From a virus: a stretch of 35,340 nt of DNA. Within the stretch, counting starts at the first letter, position 1; each line of letters begins with the position of its first letter. The stretch lies in IMG/VR virus record IMGVR_UViG_3300020728_000001. The stretch is one strand, 5' to 3'. The notes under the pieces are model-generated. The model searched no databases, had not been told where the DNA came from, and was given only the letters and a program-made list of their open reading frames with translations. Made by a program: the position numbers and the translations under genes. Shown here in pieces: positions 13,303 to 21,611 of the stretch.

Positions 13303-14885
13303 TTTTTATCCCTGTAAAACTTGCCATTTTCAAAGCCATAGTCATACTTGTCAGGTTCATATGACCCAAAACGTCTAACAGCTTCTGCTTGTAAGTCTTG
13401 ACTTGGTGCTGTTGAGGTTGTAGAAAATGCTTTTTTTGCATCATCAGTTAAGAACTTGTCAAAGTCTTTCTTACCAGTACCCGCCTCATATTGTTGTTTA
13501 GACGCATCCAAACGTCCCTTGATCAATTCTTTTGCAACGTCAATAGCACCTTGCAACTGTTCTGGTGAGTTAGCAGCACTAAAGTTAGCAGCGGCCTCTT
13601 CACGTTCTTTCACGCCACCACCAGCTCTTGTGATTGTGTTAATAATCTCAGTGGCAACAATTTGCTTAGCAGTGTTGAAATTGGTGACATTGTTTGCACC
13701 AAATTCAGTTTGCAAGTAATTTAAACCCCTATTTGCAAGTCTAGCATCACCATTCTGCAAACCTTTTGCATACTCTTCTAGTGACGCTAAGTGACCAGCA
13801 ACTGTATTAAACGACTGCAACTGCTTTGTTCCCTGTCCTGTAGTCCAGTATCTGTCTGCAGCACCAGTTGTTTTGTACTCATTCTCGTTATAGGATGGGT
13901 TAATTACCCGTACTTTTGCAAGAATAAGGTTACGCAATTTATCCCGCAAAGCTGGGGGGGCTTGTGAATAGCTGGCAATGGCCTGGGCAGCATCATTGAT
14001 ACTTGTGTCGGTCAGTTGACCAGCCTCTGCTTTTGCTTTTTCTTGAGCCATTCTGAGTCTTGTAAATTCAATGCCCAGCTTTTGCTCTTCTCTGACTCCC
14101 CTTTTTAAGGCTTGATCTTCTTCAAATTTAACGTGAGCAGCAGACGCAGATTTTTCCTCTAGCTTTTGTGTTCTAGCCAGGTTGTCCTCATTCATCTTGT
14201 AGGCTTGCTCTGCCAACTTGTAAGTGGGCACTAACCCTTGCTTTTCCAAATAAGGCATGAGGGTGGTAAAACCGTGCTTGGCAATGCTGTCTCTAGCCTT
14301 GGCAATGCCTAGCTGAGAATCAACTGCTGCGGTATCTGCAGCGTCTTTTAACTCGTTTCTGAGTTGCTCTATAGACTTAGAAAGCACCTTTTGATTTTCG
14401 TCAAAGATGTCTTTTTCTTTCTTGTATAAATCATCACGGCCTTTTTGGTGGCCTTCTAGCATACCGTTCATAGCAGACATAGCAGCCTGGGCATTGTTTT
14501 TCCCCCTACCACCTACTAAAAATCCAAGTAAGTTAGTGGTCACAAACAAAGCAGTAAGATCGTCTGTGGTTTCTTTGGTGGGTACAAAAGGTTTTGACTG
14601 CTCGTCTAGATGTTTTTCTAGCTTTGCTTTCAAGTCTTCTGGCACTCTTTCTTTGGCATACTGTTCTTTTGCGGCCAATTCAGCACCAGCCATCTCTTGT
14701 TCACCATACAGCTTTTCTTTCTTCTGTGCTGTTTCCATTTCACTCTCGGACTTGGCAGCCTTCATCACATCTTCTTGTAAAGACGTTCTTGTTTCTTCTG
14801 GTGTTTTAGGTTTTGCAGGAGCAAGGTCCTGTAACCCAAACGCCCCAAATGTGCCTGATCCTAATTTGCCTAGTGTGGTAGTCAT
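13299..14885 (-). CDS. Large coiled-coil internal virion-type protein (putative)
   Basis: 528 aa. ATGA overlap with the next gene. Composition and position as for 11407..13302. Confidence 0.4.
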   Translation of the reverse strand: MTTTLGKLGSGTFGAFGLQDLAPAKPKTPEETRTSLQEDVMKAAKSESEMETAQKKEKLYGEQEMAGAELAAKEQYAKERVPEDLKAKLEKHLDEQSKPFVPTKETTDDLTALFVTTNLLGFLVGGRGKNNAQAAMSAMNGMLEGHQKGRDDLYKKEKDIFDENQKVLSKSIEQLRNELKDAADTAAVDSQLGIAKARDSIAKHGFTTLMPYLEKQGLVPTYKLAEQAYKMNEDNLARTQKLEEKSASAAHVKFEEDQALKRGVREEQKLGIEFTRLRMAQEKAKAEAGQLTDTSINDAAQAIASYSQAPPALRDKLRNLILAKVRVINPSYNENEYKTTGAADRYWTTGQGTKQLQSFNTVAGHLASLEEYAKGLQNGDARLANRGLNYLQTEFGANNVTNFNTAKQIVATEIINTITRAGGGVKEREEAAANFSAANSPEQLQGAIDVAKELIKGRLDASKQQYEAGTGKKDFDKFLTDDAKKAFSTTSTAPSQDLQAEAVRRFGSYEPDKYDYGFENGKFYRDKK

Positions 14886-14894
14886 ATTAACCCC

Positions 14895-15953
14895 TTATTG
14901 TTGAGGTGTAGGAGTTGTTGCTGTTGTGCCACCAGGCAAACCACCCGCCAGTGTTCTCGCTACGTTCATGGCGTAATTGCTCGTAAGAGTATTGACATAC
15001 TGATCAGCCTGTACACCAGCTTGAATAGCACCTTGAGCAATCTTGTCACCCACAGACTGCAACTGTAGACCCAAATTGAGTTGACTAGACAACAGTTGCT
15101 GCTGTAGTGCGTTGATTTGGTTCTGGGCTTGCATACCGCCAACACCGCCTCTAGTCGCAATATTCTGCGCTGCCTGTGCTTGTGCAGCCTGAAGAACTTG
15201 CTGGTTGGCGGGCGTGAGTTCACCACGTTGTGAGGCTGCCAACAACTGTTGACCTTGCTGTTGATAAGGTGCTGCCTGTGCCTGTAAAGCCTCTTTAGCA
15301 GCCTGACCTTGTGATTGTGCTGCCCTGACCTGAGATGCGCCTAAAAGAGCCTCTAGACCGCTTATGCCTAGTTTAGCCTTGGTAGCGTCTGACATACCGC
15401 CAGCGGGTGGTGCGCCTACTTCTGGCCCAGGTGCAGCAAGAGTTGATGCTGTTTTGCTTGTGATGTCGTAAGGAGAAGGACCAGATGGCGTTGTAATTGA
15501 CGGTGTTACGTCAGACGGCAAGGCCAAACTGAGTTGACTAGGTGTCCCCAGTCTAATGCCTGGTTGACCTCCACCACCTCCCCCGCCAAACAAACTGTAT
15601 TCTGATGGCGCAGCACTAACTGATGTTTCTGCGGGTGCTGGTGCAGCAGAAATAGTGTCACCACCGCCACCAGTTGCAGTAGATATAGGCCCAATATCTG
15701 GTTGAACCTGTTGTCCTGTTTGCACAGGTTGATCAAATCCTAGAGTGTTTTCACCAGTAACATCAATAGGTTCAAACGAGGGAATACCCTCATCTGTGAT
15801 GCGTCCAGAGCCACCTCTTTGCTTGAGAACCTTTGCTTCTTCTGGAGAAATGTAGGCCAGCATATGCCCTGGAGGAGCTTTCTTTTGCAACAGGCGTGCA
15901 ATCTGTTTTACGTCTGTGCCTAGTTTTGTCAGGTTTCTGAGTGCTGTAGCCAT
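14895..15953 (-). CDS. Internal virion-type protein with the N-terminal GHMLAYISPEEAKVLKQRGGSG motif and a Q/A-rich C-terminus
   Basis: 352 aa. The N-terminal motif resembles the (G)D.MLAHI.P.EA.LLK..GG.G motif I recall from marine podophage virion proteins. Contains a poly-G run and a Q-rich tail. Confidence 0.45.
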   Translation of the reverse strand: MATALRNLTKLGTDVKQIARLLQKKAPPGHMLAYISPEEAKVLKQRGGSGRITDEGIPSFEPIDVTGENTLGFDQPVQTGQQVQPDIGPISTATGGGGDTISAAPAPAETSVSAAPSEYSLFGGGGGGGQPGIRLGTPSQLSLALPSDVTPSITTPSGPSPYDITSKTASTLAAPGPEVGAPPAGGMSDATKAKLGISGLEALLGASQVRAAQSQGQAAKEALQAQAAPYQQQGQQLLAASQRGELTPANQQVLQAAQAQAAQNIATRGGVGGMQAQNQINALQQQLLSSQLNLGLQLQSVGDKIAQGAIQAGVQADQYVNTLTSNYAMNVARTLAGGLPGGTTATTPTPQQ

Positions 15954-18023
15954 TTATATCCCCAATGCTGATGATAATGCCCCGTAATCGGGCGTTCCCT
16001 CTGCCTCTTCTTTTAACTTCAAAGAGGCCACGTTCCAGACGGGTTGCTGTTGCTGTCCTGATTCTACAGAAACACCCCCACCACCGCCACCTATGCCCAC
16101 TGTCTCGCCAGTAGTGGGTAGTGATCCACCAATTTTAGAGATATTAGCCAACGTCTTTGGCACGTTACTCTCTACAAATACGTCAGGCTTAAAAGTTGGA
16201 TAAGGTGTTTTTTCTGTAGATGGACCTGTTGGTGCTGATGGTGTAGACAATGTTTGACTTGTAGGTGATGTTCCTAGCAAGGTGGTCACAGCAGATGGTG
16301 AAATAGGAGACGTTGTTGTTGCCGTAGGGTAAACAGGTCCTGCGGGCACTTTTGGCGTTGCAGGTCCTGCGGGCGCAGCTGGAGAACGTGGGCTTGATGA
16401 TGCGGGTGGCGTATCGGGTGCGTATGTACCCACTGGTGCTATCGCTGTTTGTGCGTTTGGCCCTGTCACTGCACCAGTAGAAGGTATGTTTGCTGGCCCT
16501 GTGAGGTTTGTAGCTGATGGATATGTTGTAGGCTTTTCTGCAGGTGCAGCGGGGGTCTCTGGACTTGTATTGATTACATCTTGTGGCGTTTGATTTGTAA
16601 CGCTACTTGGAATAGCTGCATTTGTTGTTGTGTTGTATGCAACTGTTTCACCAGGTGTTAACGGGACAGTACTAGAAATTGGTAACGGGTTTCCATCTGC
16701 GCCTACTACAAAAGTAATTCCACTGACTGGATCTGAGCTGATCACTCTAGATGCAACAATAGTTACTGGTGGCAAAATATAATTAGGTACACCAGAAGGG
16801 CTAATAAAGTCTGTACCCGTCACAGCCTTGTATTCTGCTCGCAAAGAGTTGTAGCTAGGGTCTGTTCCTGTAGGATCATTAGCCAACTCTGTAGCCATTT
16901 GCGTTACAAAAGTGGGCAAAGATGACGTATAGGCGTAGGTGTTGTAATACTCGTCTACAGACTTACCCGCCTTCAGTGCGTTGATCATGTCACTACTGGT
17001 CTTACTAGCAACATTCTGCAGCGCAGCTTGTTCTTCTGCTGACAAGTTTGGGTTAATAGGAGTCTTGTCAAAAAAGATAGGGTTTATCTTTGATGGATCA
17101 CTAATCGTTAATGTTTTAACGTAATTAACTGCCTCTGGGTCTGTCGAGGTGGTACTTACAGAGCCTGTTTGCTGATTGTATGTAACAGGAATGTTTACGG
17201 TTGTGCCGTCTGCAGCAATAAAGGTTGTAAACAAACCATTTGCTGTTTGAGTAATCTGACCTGGTTGAAATCCACCAGAAGGTAATTCACCTGGCACATC
17301 AGAAGTTCCAGCAACATTGGTTCCTTGTGATAGGTCAATCACAGTCGCATCTATAGTTGCTACATTTTGTCCTGTAGGCAATACAGATGTTGTTCTGGTA
17401 GCTCCACTGGCTGCTCCCGTCAATCCAGACAAAACAGTTCCACCCGCTTGTGTTTCTCCACTGACATAACCGCCTAGTGCATTAGCCACGGTAGGACTTG
17501 CACCAGCATATTGTGCGGCAGCTGACGTACCCGCACCCAGAGAACCTGCTAATGCGTTTTGTACAATTTGATTGGGATTACCACCCGCAACAAGAGTTGC
17601 AGCAGCACCACCCGCAGCAGAACCCGCAATGTTTGCCAACAATGCTGTTGTAGAAGACGGCACAGGAGGCGTTGGCGGTGCAGGAGGAGCTGGAGGAGCA
17701 CCTGGTGCTGGAGGAGCACCTAATGCTCCTGCAACTTCTGTTGAAACGTAAGTTCCTGTGGCTGCCACCGCAGCAGATTTTGCAATATTTTCTGGACTTG
17801 CACCATTCATGGCTGCCACCGCAGCACTAGAAATGGCAGAAGTTGCAACATTGCTCAACCCTAAATCCAAGTATTCTGGACCTAGCACAATAGCCACCGC
17901 TATTGTCTCAATAATAGGAATAGGGTTTTCTATGGCAGTAGTAACCACCAAGTTAATATCACTAGCAACATTGCTGACAAAGTTGCCGACTTGAGTTGTT
18001 ACGCTGTTGACTACATTACTCAT
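15954..18023 (-). CDS. Large low-complexity (A/T/P/G/S-rich) virion protein
   Basis: 689 aa with APPAPGAPPAPPAPPTPPVP and long T/P/S tracts. Overlaps the next gene start. Confidence 0.45.
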   Translation of the reverse strand: MSNVVNSVTTQVGNFVSNVASDINLVVTTAIENPIPIIETIAVAIVLGPEYLDLGLSNVATSAISSAAVAAMNGASPENIAKSAAVAATGTYVSTEVAGALGAPPAPGAPPAPPAPPTPPVPSSTTALLANIAGSAAGGAAATLVAGGNPNQIVQNALAGSLGAGTSAAAQYAGASPTVANALGGYVSGETQAGGTVLSGLTGAASGATRTTSVLPTGQNVATIDATVIDLSQGTNVAGTSDVPGELPSGGFQPGQITQTANGLFTTFIAADGTTVNIPVTYNQQTGSVSTTSTDPEAVNYVKTLTISDPSKINPIFFDKTPINPNLSAEEQAALQNVASKTSSDMINALKAGKSVDEYYNTYAYTSSLPTFVTQMATELANDPTGTDPSYNSLRAEYKAVTGTDFISPSGVPNYILPPVTIVASRVISSDPVSGITFVVGADGNPLPISSTVPLTPGETVAYNTTTNAAIPSSVTNQTPQDVINTSPETPAAPAEKPTTYPSATNLTGPANIPSTGAVTGPNAQTAIAPVGTYAPDTPPASSSPRSPAAPAGPATPKVPAGPVYPTATTTSPISPSAVTTLLGTSPTSQTLSTPSAPTGPSTEKTPYPTFKPDVFVESNVPKTLANISKIGGSLPTTGETVGIGGGGGGVSVESGQQQQPVWNVASLKLKEEAEGTPDYGALSSALGI

Positions 18024-18406
18024 GGTACTTGCACCACCGCCATCATTTGACCGTTGGGCATAGGCTGCAGTTGATATTGCAAACCCGTCATTTTCAGTAT
18101 TTTTTCAACTTGTGGGTTGTTCATCTGGAACTTGACGTTTTTAAACTTAGCCACCTTCAGAGCTTTAGCAAATTGCTTGATGCTGTCCACCAGATCTCTA
18201 GGATTGTCTGCCGTGTCCATAGACATATCTATGTTCCCGTTGCCTAAGTTATAGTAAGAAAACAAGGTGTTATTAGCACGCATGACCCTAAACTTAGGGT
18301 CTTTCTTAACCAGACTTGCCATAGCAGCATGAATACGCTTGGGGTCTTGTCTAGACCCTTGCATACTTTTTTCCAATATTTGTATAGGTTCAAGTCTTGT
18401 TGCCAT
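18020..18406 (-). CDS. Hypothetical protein
   Basis: 128-aa ORF with overlapping start/stop junctions on both sides. Confidence 0.55.
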   Translation of the reverse strand: MATRLEPIQILEKSMQGSRQDPKRIHAAMASLVKKDPKFRVMRANNTLFSYYNLGNGNIDMSMDTADNPRDLVDSIKQFAKALKVAKFKNVKFQMNNPQVEKILKMTGLQYQLQPMPNGQMMAVVQVP

Positions 18407-18747
18407 TACTGCACCTTTAGACGTTGTGCTATTTGCTGGTGAATATCCTGGTGAACCCCGATCCAGTCATAGAAGTCATCTTCCACGTTCCAGTCAGCGT
18501 CTAGTAACTGAAAAGGGTTAGCTAAGTTCAGTATCTTTGCCAGGGACTCGTGCATCTGGTTATGGATCAGTAGCCAGTCATCGAGGTTGTCTGGATTGGC
18601 CTGTTCTATAGGATAGAAAGGTGTAGCAATGTTGTTGCGGTTTAGCGTCTGCCAGAAGAGTCTGTGCTGCTGGAAGTTCTCAAAGACGAGCCTAGAGAGT
18701 CCCTCCACGTCACCAAACTGTACATAGGCTAAATCATTTTGGTTCAT
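18406..18747 (-). CDS. Hypothetical protein
   Basis: 113-aa ORF in the operon context. Confidence 0.55.
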   Translation of the reverse strand: MNQNDLAYVQFGDVEGLSRLVFENFQQHRLFWQTLNRNNIATPFYPIEQANPDNLDDWLLIHNQMHESLAKILNLANPFQLLDADWNVEDDFYDWIGVHQDIHQQIAQRLKVQ

Positions 18748-18925
18748 CAGGCTTTCTCCAAAAGTTATCCCTGATCAACAAATAAGTCTTTATTACAGTG
18801 TAAACAAGAGTAGCCAACAACACCATAGTAGACAGCGTGATGTGTCCCACTACCGTCCCTACCCACATAATGAGTAAATCTAGGAAAGTAATGTTGTGGT
18901 TGTCATCGTTCATCTTAAACAGCAT
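18734..18925 (-). CDS. Small membrane protein (two hydrophobic helices)
   Basis: 63 aa with LDLLIMWVGTVVGHI and TMVLLATLVYTVIKTYLLI. Confidence 0.45.
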   Translation of the reverse strand: MLFKMNDDNHNITFLDLLIMWVGTVVGHITLSTMVLLATLVYTVIKTYLLIRDNFWRKPDEPK

Positions 18926-19871
18926 AGTAAGGCACTTTTACCACTGTGCCGTTGAGGTCAACATCTATGTATCCAGCTGGTACAAGCATCATGCTAGAGT
19001 TAGAAAAAGTAGCACTAGCAGCAGTGGTAGCAGCCACATTAGTAGACGTAACATTGATTGTCCCTGTTGTGATGGTGACGTTAGCCATAGTCACATTGCC
19101 TAGAGTAGACACCGTGCTACCCAAGGCCACCACCGTGTTGCCTATGGTCGCACTGTTGGCAGACAAGTTGCCTGACGGGAATGTACCGCTTTGTATGGTG
19201 ACGTTGGCTAAGGTGAGATTACCCACATTAGACGTTGTACCGCCCAATGTAATTGTGGCATTCCCTAGTGTGGCAGAACTGTTAGACAGAAAGTTATTAG
19301 GAAAAGTGGTAGCAACGCTAGAAATAGTAGTATTTGTTAGCGTTACATTACCTAAACTTGTTACAGTTGAACCCAATGCAACTGTGGTATTACCAATAAC
19401 AACGCTATTGCTAGAAAGGTTGGCAGAAGGGATTGTTCCACTCTGAATGATGACGTTGGCTAAAGTAAGGTTGGCAAGGTTAGCAGTTGAACTTCCTAAC
19501 GCAATTGTTACGTTGCCAATAATGACGTTGCTGTTGGCAAGTCCAGAATTAGGAATGGTCAAAGATGCTGTGACGTTGGCAGTATTGTTGGCGTAGAGGT
19601 AACCTGTTGCCGTTGTGATGGACACATTTGCAAAGGACTCTGTAGTGCCTCCTAAAACTCTTTCCCAGACTGTGCCGTTAAAGATAGCCCAGTCACCCAC
19701 AGACCAAGAAGATATGCCGTCTAGCGTGGTTGTACCCGCTACAGAAACCACATAATAGTTGTTCTTAGTACCAGTGCCAGAGGCAAGCGTAGGCGAATTA
19801 GTATTGGCATTCCATGTGCCTTGATAATTCAATTGGCCTGTTGTACTTCCACCGCTGGCTGTTTTTAACAT
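18915..19871 (-). CDS. Tail fibre-like protein with four exact-period 42-aa repeats
   Basis: 318 aa. Repeat units start at N113, N155, N197 and N239, each NS..IGN.T.ALGS....LGN.TL.N.TI. Confidence 0.6.
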   Translation of the reverse strand: MLKTASGGSTTGQLNYQGTWNANTNSPTLASGTGTKNNYYVVSVAGTTTLDGISSWSVGDWAIFNGTVWERVLGGTTESFANVSITTATGYLYANNTANVTASLTIPNSGLANSNVIIGNVTIALGSSTANLANLTLANVIIQSGTIPSANLSSNSVVIGNTTVALGSTVTSLGNVTLTNTTISSVATTFPNNFLSNSSATLGNATITLGGTTSNVGNLTLANVTIQSGTFPSGNLSANSATIGNTVVALGSTVSTLGNVTMANVTITTGTINVTSTNVAATTAASATFSNSSMMLVPAGYIDVDLNGTVVKVPYYAV

Positions 19872-19872
19872 A

Positions 19873-20208
19873 TCAGTCCCCGTCCCCAGGTGTTATATAA
19901 ATAGTTGCCGTACTGGTTGTTGCGTTGGCAGTGAAGTAAGCATTGGGCACAAACGTCAATATCTCATCTGTACCAGGCAACATGGGTATGCAGTTGTTCT
20001 GAGTGCTAGTAGGTATGACACCACCAGCTGCAGCCTGTGCAGAGTTAGCACCAAACCCCAAAATAACTACTTGAGAACCAGAGTTAATGATCCTGTACTG
20101 GTTACCGCCTAATGTTGTAGACGGTACTTGTACAGGAGCTGGTGCAGTTGTAGCAGCAGTAATGACTACTGTGTTACCAGATGGGCTAAATGGTGCTGAT
20201 ACTGACAT
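19873..20208 (-). CDS. Small S/T/A-rich beta-type protein, paralogue of 10149..10511
   Basis: 111 aa, ending IYITPGDGD. Shared NCI...PG core. Confidence 0.55.
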   Translation of the reverse strand: MSVSAPFSPSGNTVVITAATTAPAPVQVPSTTLGGNQYRIINSGSQVVILGFGANSAQAAAGGVIPTSTQNNCIPMLPGTDEILTFVPNAYFTANATTSTATIYITPGDGD

Positions 20209-20558
20209 TAGGCACTCCAGGGTAATGCGGGTGAAATTACAGGCGGGTTAATCTGGTTTTCAATCATGCCATCCAATGCGGTCTGTGTTGCCGTTTGGTC
20301 AACACCATTTTCATAAATCCAATTCAATACCTCTGCCTGTGTCAAATTGGCATAAGGTATGTATTGTTCATTTGGGTTGTAAACAATGTTGCAAGTGCTA
20401 TAAATCCTTGCGGTATAGGGGACTGTTTGCCCATTTACTGTTTGGGTTTGGTCGCTAGTCGCAACGCATTGCCAATGGGCATTGAACACGCAATCAGGTT
20501 GTGGTGTTGTTGGATATGCGTCTAGCGCAGAAATTGTCCATGTGTAAGTGTTTGCCAT
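20208..20558 (-). CDS. Hypothetical protein in the fibre module
   Basis: 116-aa ORF whose start overlaps the neighbouring stop. Confidence 0.55.
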   Translation of the reverse strand: MANTYTWTISALDAYPTTPQPDCVFNAHWQCVATSDQTQTVNGQTVPYTARIYSTCNIVYNPNEQYIPYANLTQAEVLNWIYENGVDQTATQTALDGMIENQINPPVISPALPWSA

Positions 20559-20560
20559 TT

Positions 20561-21610
20561 TTAAACTCCTAATTTAGCCTCTAGGGCGGTTACTTTTGCT
20601 GATAATTCTTGAATGGCTTTGACCAAAATTGGGACAAGAACAGATGTTTTAATAGATTTAGTAATATCATTAGGATTATTTGGTGATGATGTATTGTCAA
20701 TTAAGGCGGGAAATACTTCCTCAAGTTCCTGTGCAATAAAACCAATTTGTTTATGGTCTGGATCAGTCTTTAAATTAAAGTTCCGCACTTTTAATTGCAT
20801 AACATCTGCAAGTTTTGGAGTAGCATTAATTATGTTGTCTTTTAGTTTTACGTCAGACAAAGTACCATAACTGTTATTTACATTAACTATATTGCCATTT
20901 GAATAACAATACATTCTGTCAGAATTAGCGGAACTAACGGCTATAAGGTAAGAAGATGTGCTAGAAGTGACATTTGGTGCGTTTATTTCGAAGGCTATAC
21001 CATTAGAAGCAGATGTAGGCTGAATACGCAACCCATATTGACTCGATGAAGAAATGGCACTTTGTCCACTTCTATAAGCACTTGTTACTCCCACTAACAA
21101 GTTACCGCTGGAGTCTATACGCATACGCTCGCCATTGATGCCACTAAAAATGTAACCTGTTGCACCGCTTTGATTGCCGTAAAACTGCAATAATCCAGAA
21201 GCCGCTACACGACCAATATCGTAAGTAAATTGAGCGCCTGTTACAGAATTACCAATACGGGCTTGAATATCGCTAGAAGTGCTTATATCTAGTTTTTGTC
21301 CCGGACTTGTTGTTCCAATACCTAAGTTACTTCCATCAAACGTCAGCGCAGACCCAGTAGCCAACGTACTTGTTGTAGGTGCATACACCACCGCATTTGC
21401 TGTAAATACAGAACTGTTACCCGTTCCACCTTGAGTAGCTGTAATAGGCGTAGACACACCGCTTATAGTCACATTTGCTAGTGCTACTGACCCGTTACCT
21501 ATCCCGTTGACGGCCTGGTAGACGGTGGCATAGTCACTGTCAAGGTTAGACAGCGGGATAGCCGTAGTTGCATTTCCAAATGTATAGGGGACTGTGATTG
21601 GTAGTGCCAT
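20561..21610 (-). CDS. Tail fibre/spike with a C-terminal intramolecular chaperone (peptidase S74-like) domain
   Basis: 349 aa. The C-terminus SDVKLKDNI...QIGFIAQELEEVFPALI...VLVPILVKAIQELSAKVTALEAKL matches the S74 auto-cleaving chaperone pattern (SD.r.K.ni...iGfiAqe...aiqeL...Le). Confidence 0.75.
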   Translation of the reverse strand: MALPITVPYTFGNATTAIPLSNLDSDYATVYQAVNGIGNGSVALANVTISGVSTPITATQGGTGNSSVFTANAVVYAPTTSTLATGSALTFDGSNLGIGTTSPGQKLDISTSSDIQARIGNSVTGAQFTYDIGRVAASGLLQFYGNQSGATGYIFSGINGERMRIDSSGNLLVGVTSAYRSGQSAISSSSQYGLRIQPTSASNGIAFEINAPNVTSSTSSYLIAVSSANSDRMYCYSNGNIVNVNNSYGTLSDVKLKDNIINATPKLADVMQLKVRNFNLKTDPDHKQIGFIAQELEEVFPALIDNTSSPNNPNDITKSIKTSVLVPILVKAIQELSAKVTALEAKLGV

Positions 21611-21611
21611 G

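Noticed and set aside
12593-13378. Long plus-strand ORFs opposite the minus-strand structural genes (12593..13378, 14407..14904, 18946..19446, 26015..26641, 27618..27875, 936..1361 and similar).
   Set aside because: They mirror low-complexity, tightly overlapped minus-strand genes. They have Cys/Ser/Leu-rich nonsense-like composition and lack SD sequences. Accepting them would break the continuous ATGA-coupled minus operon.
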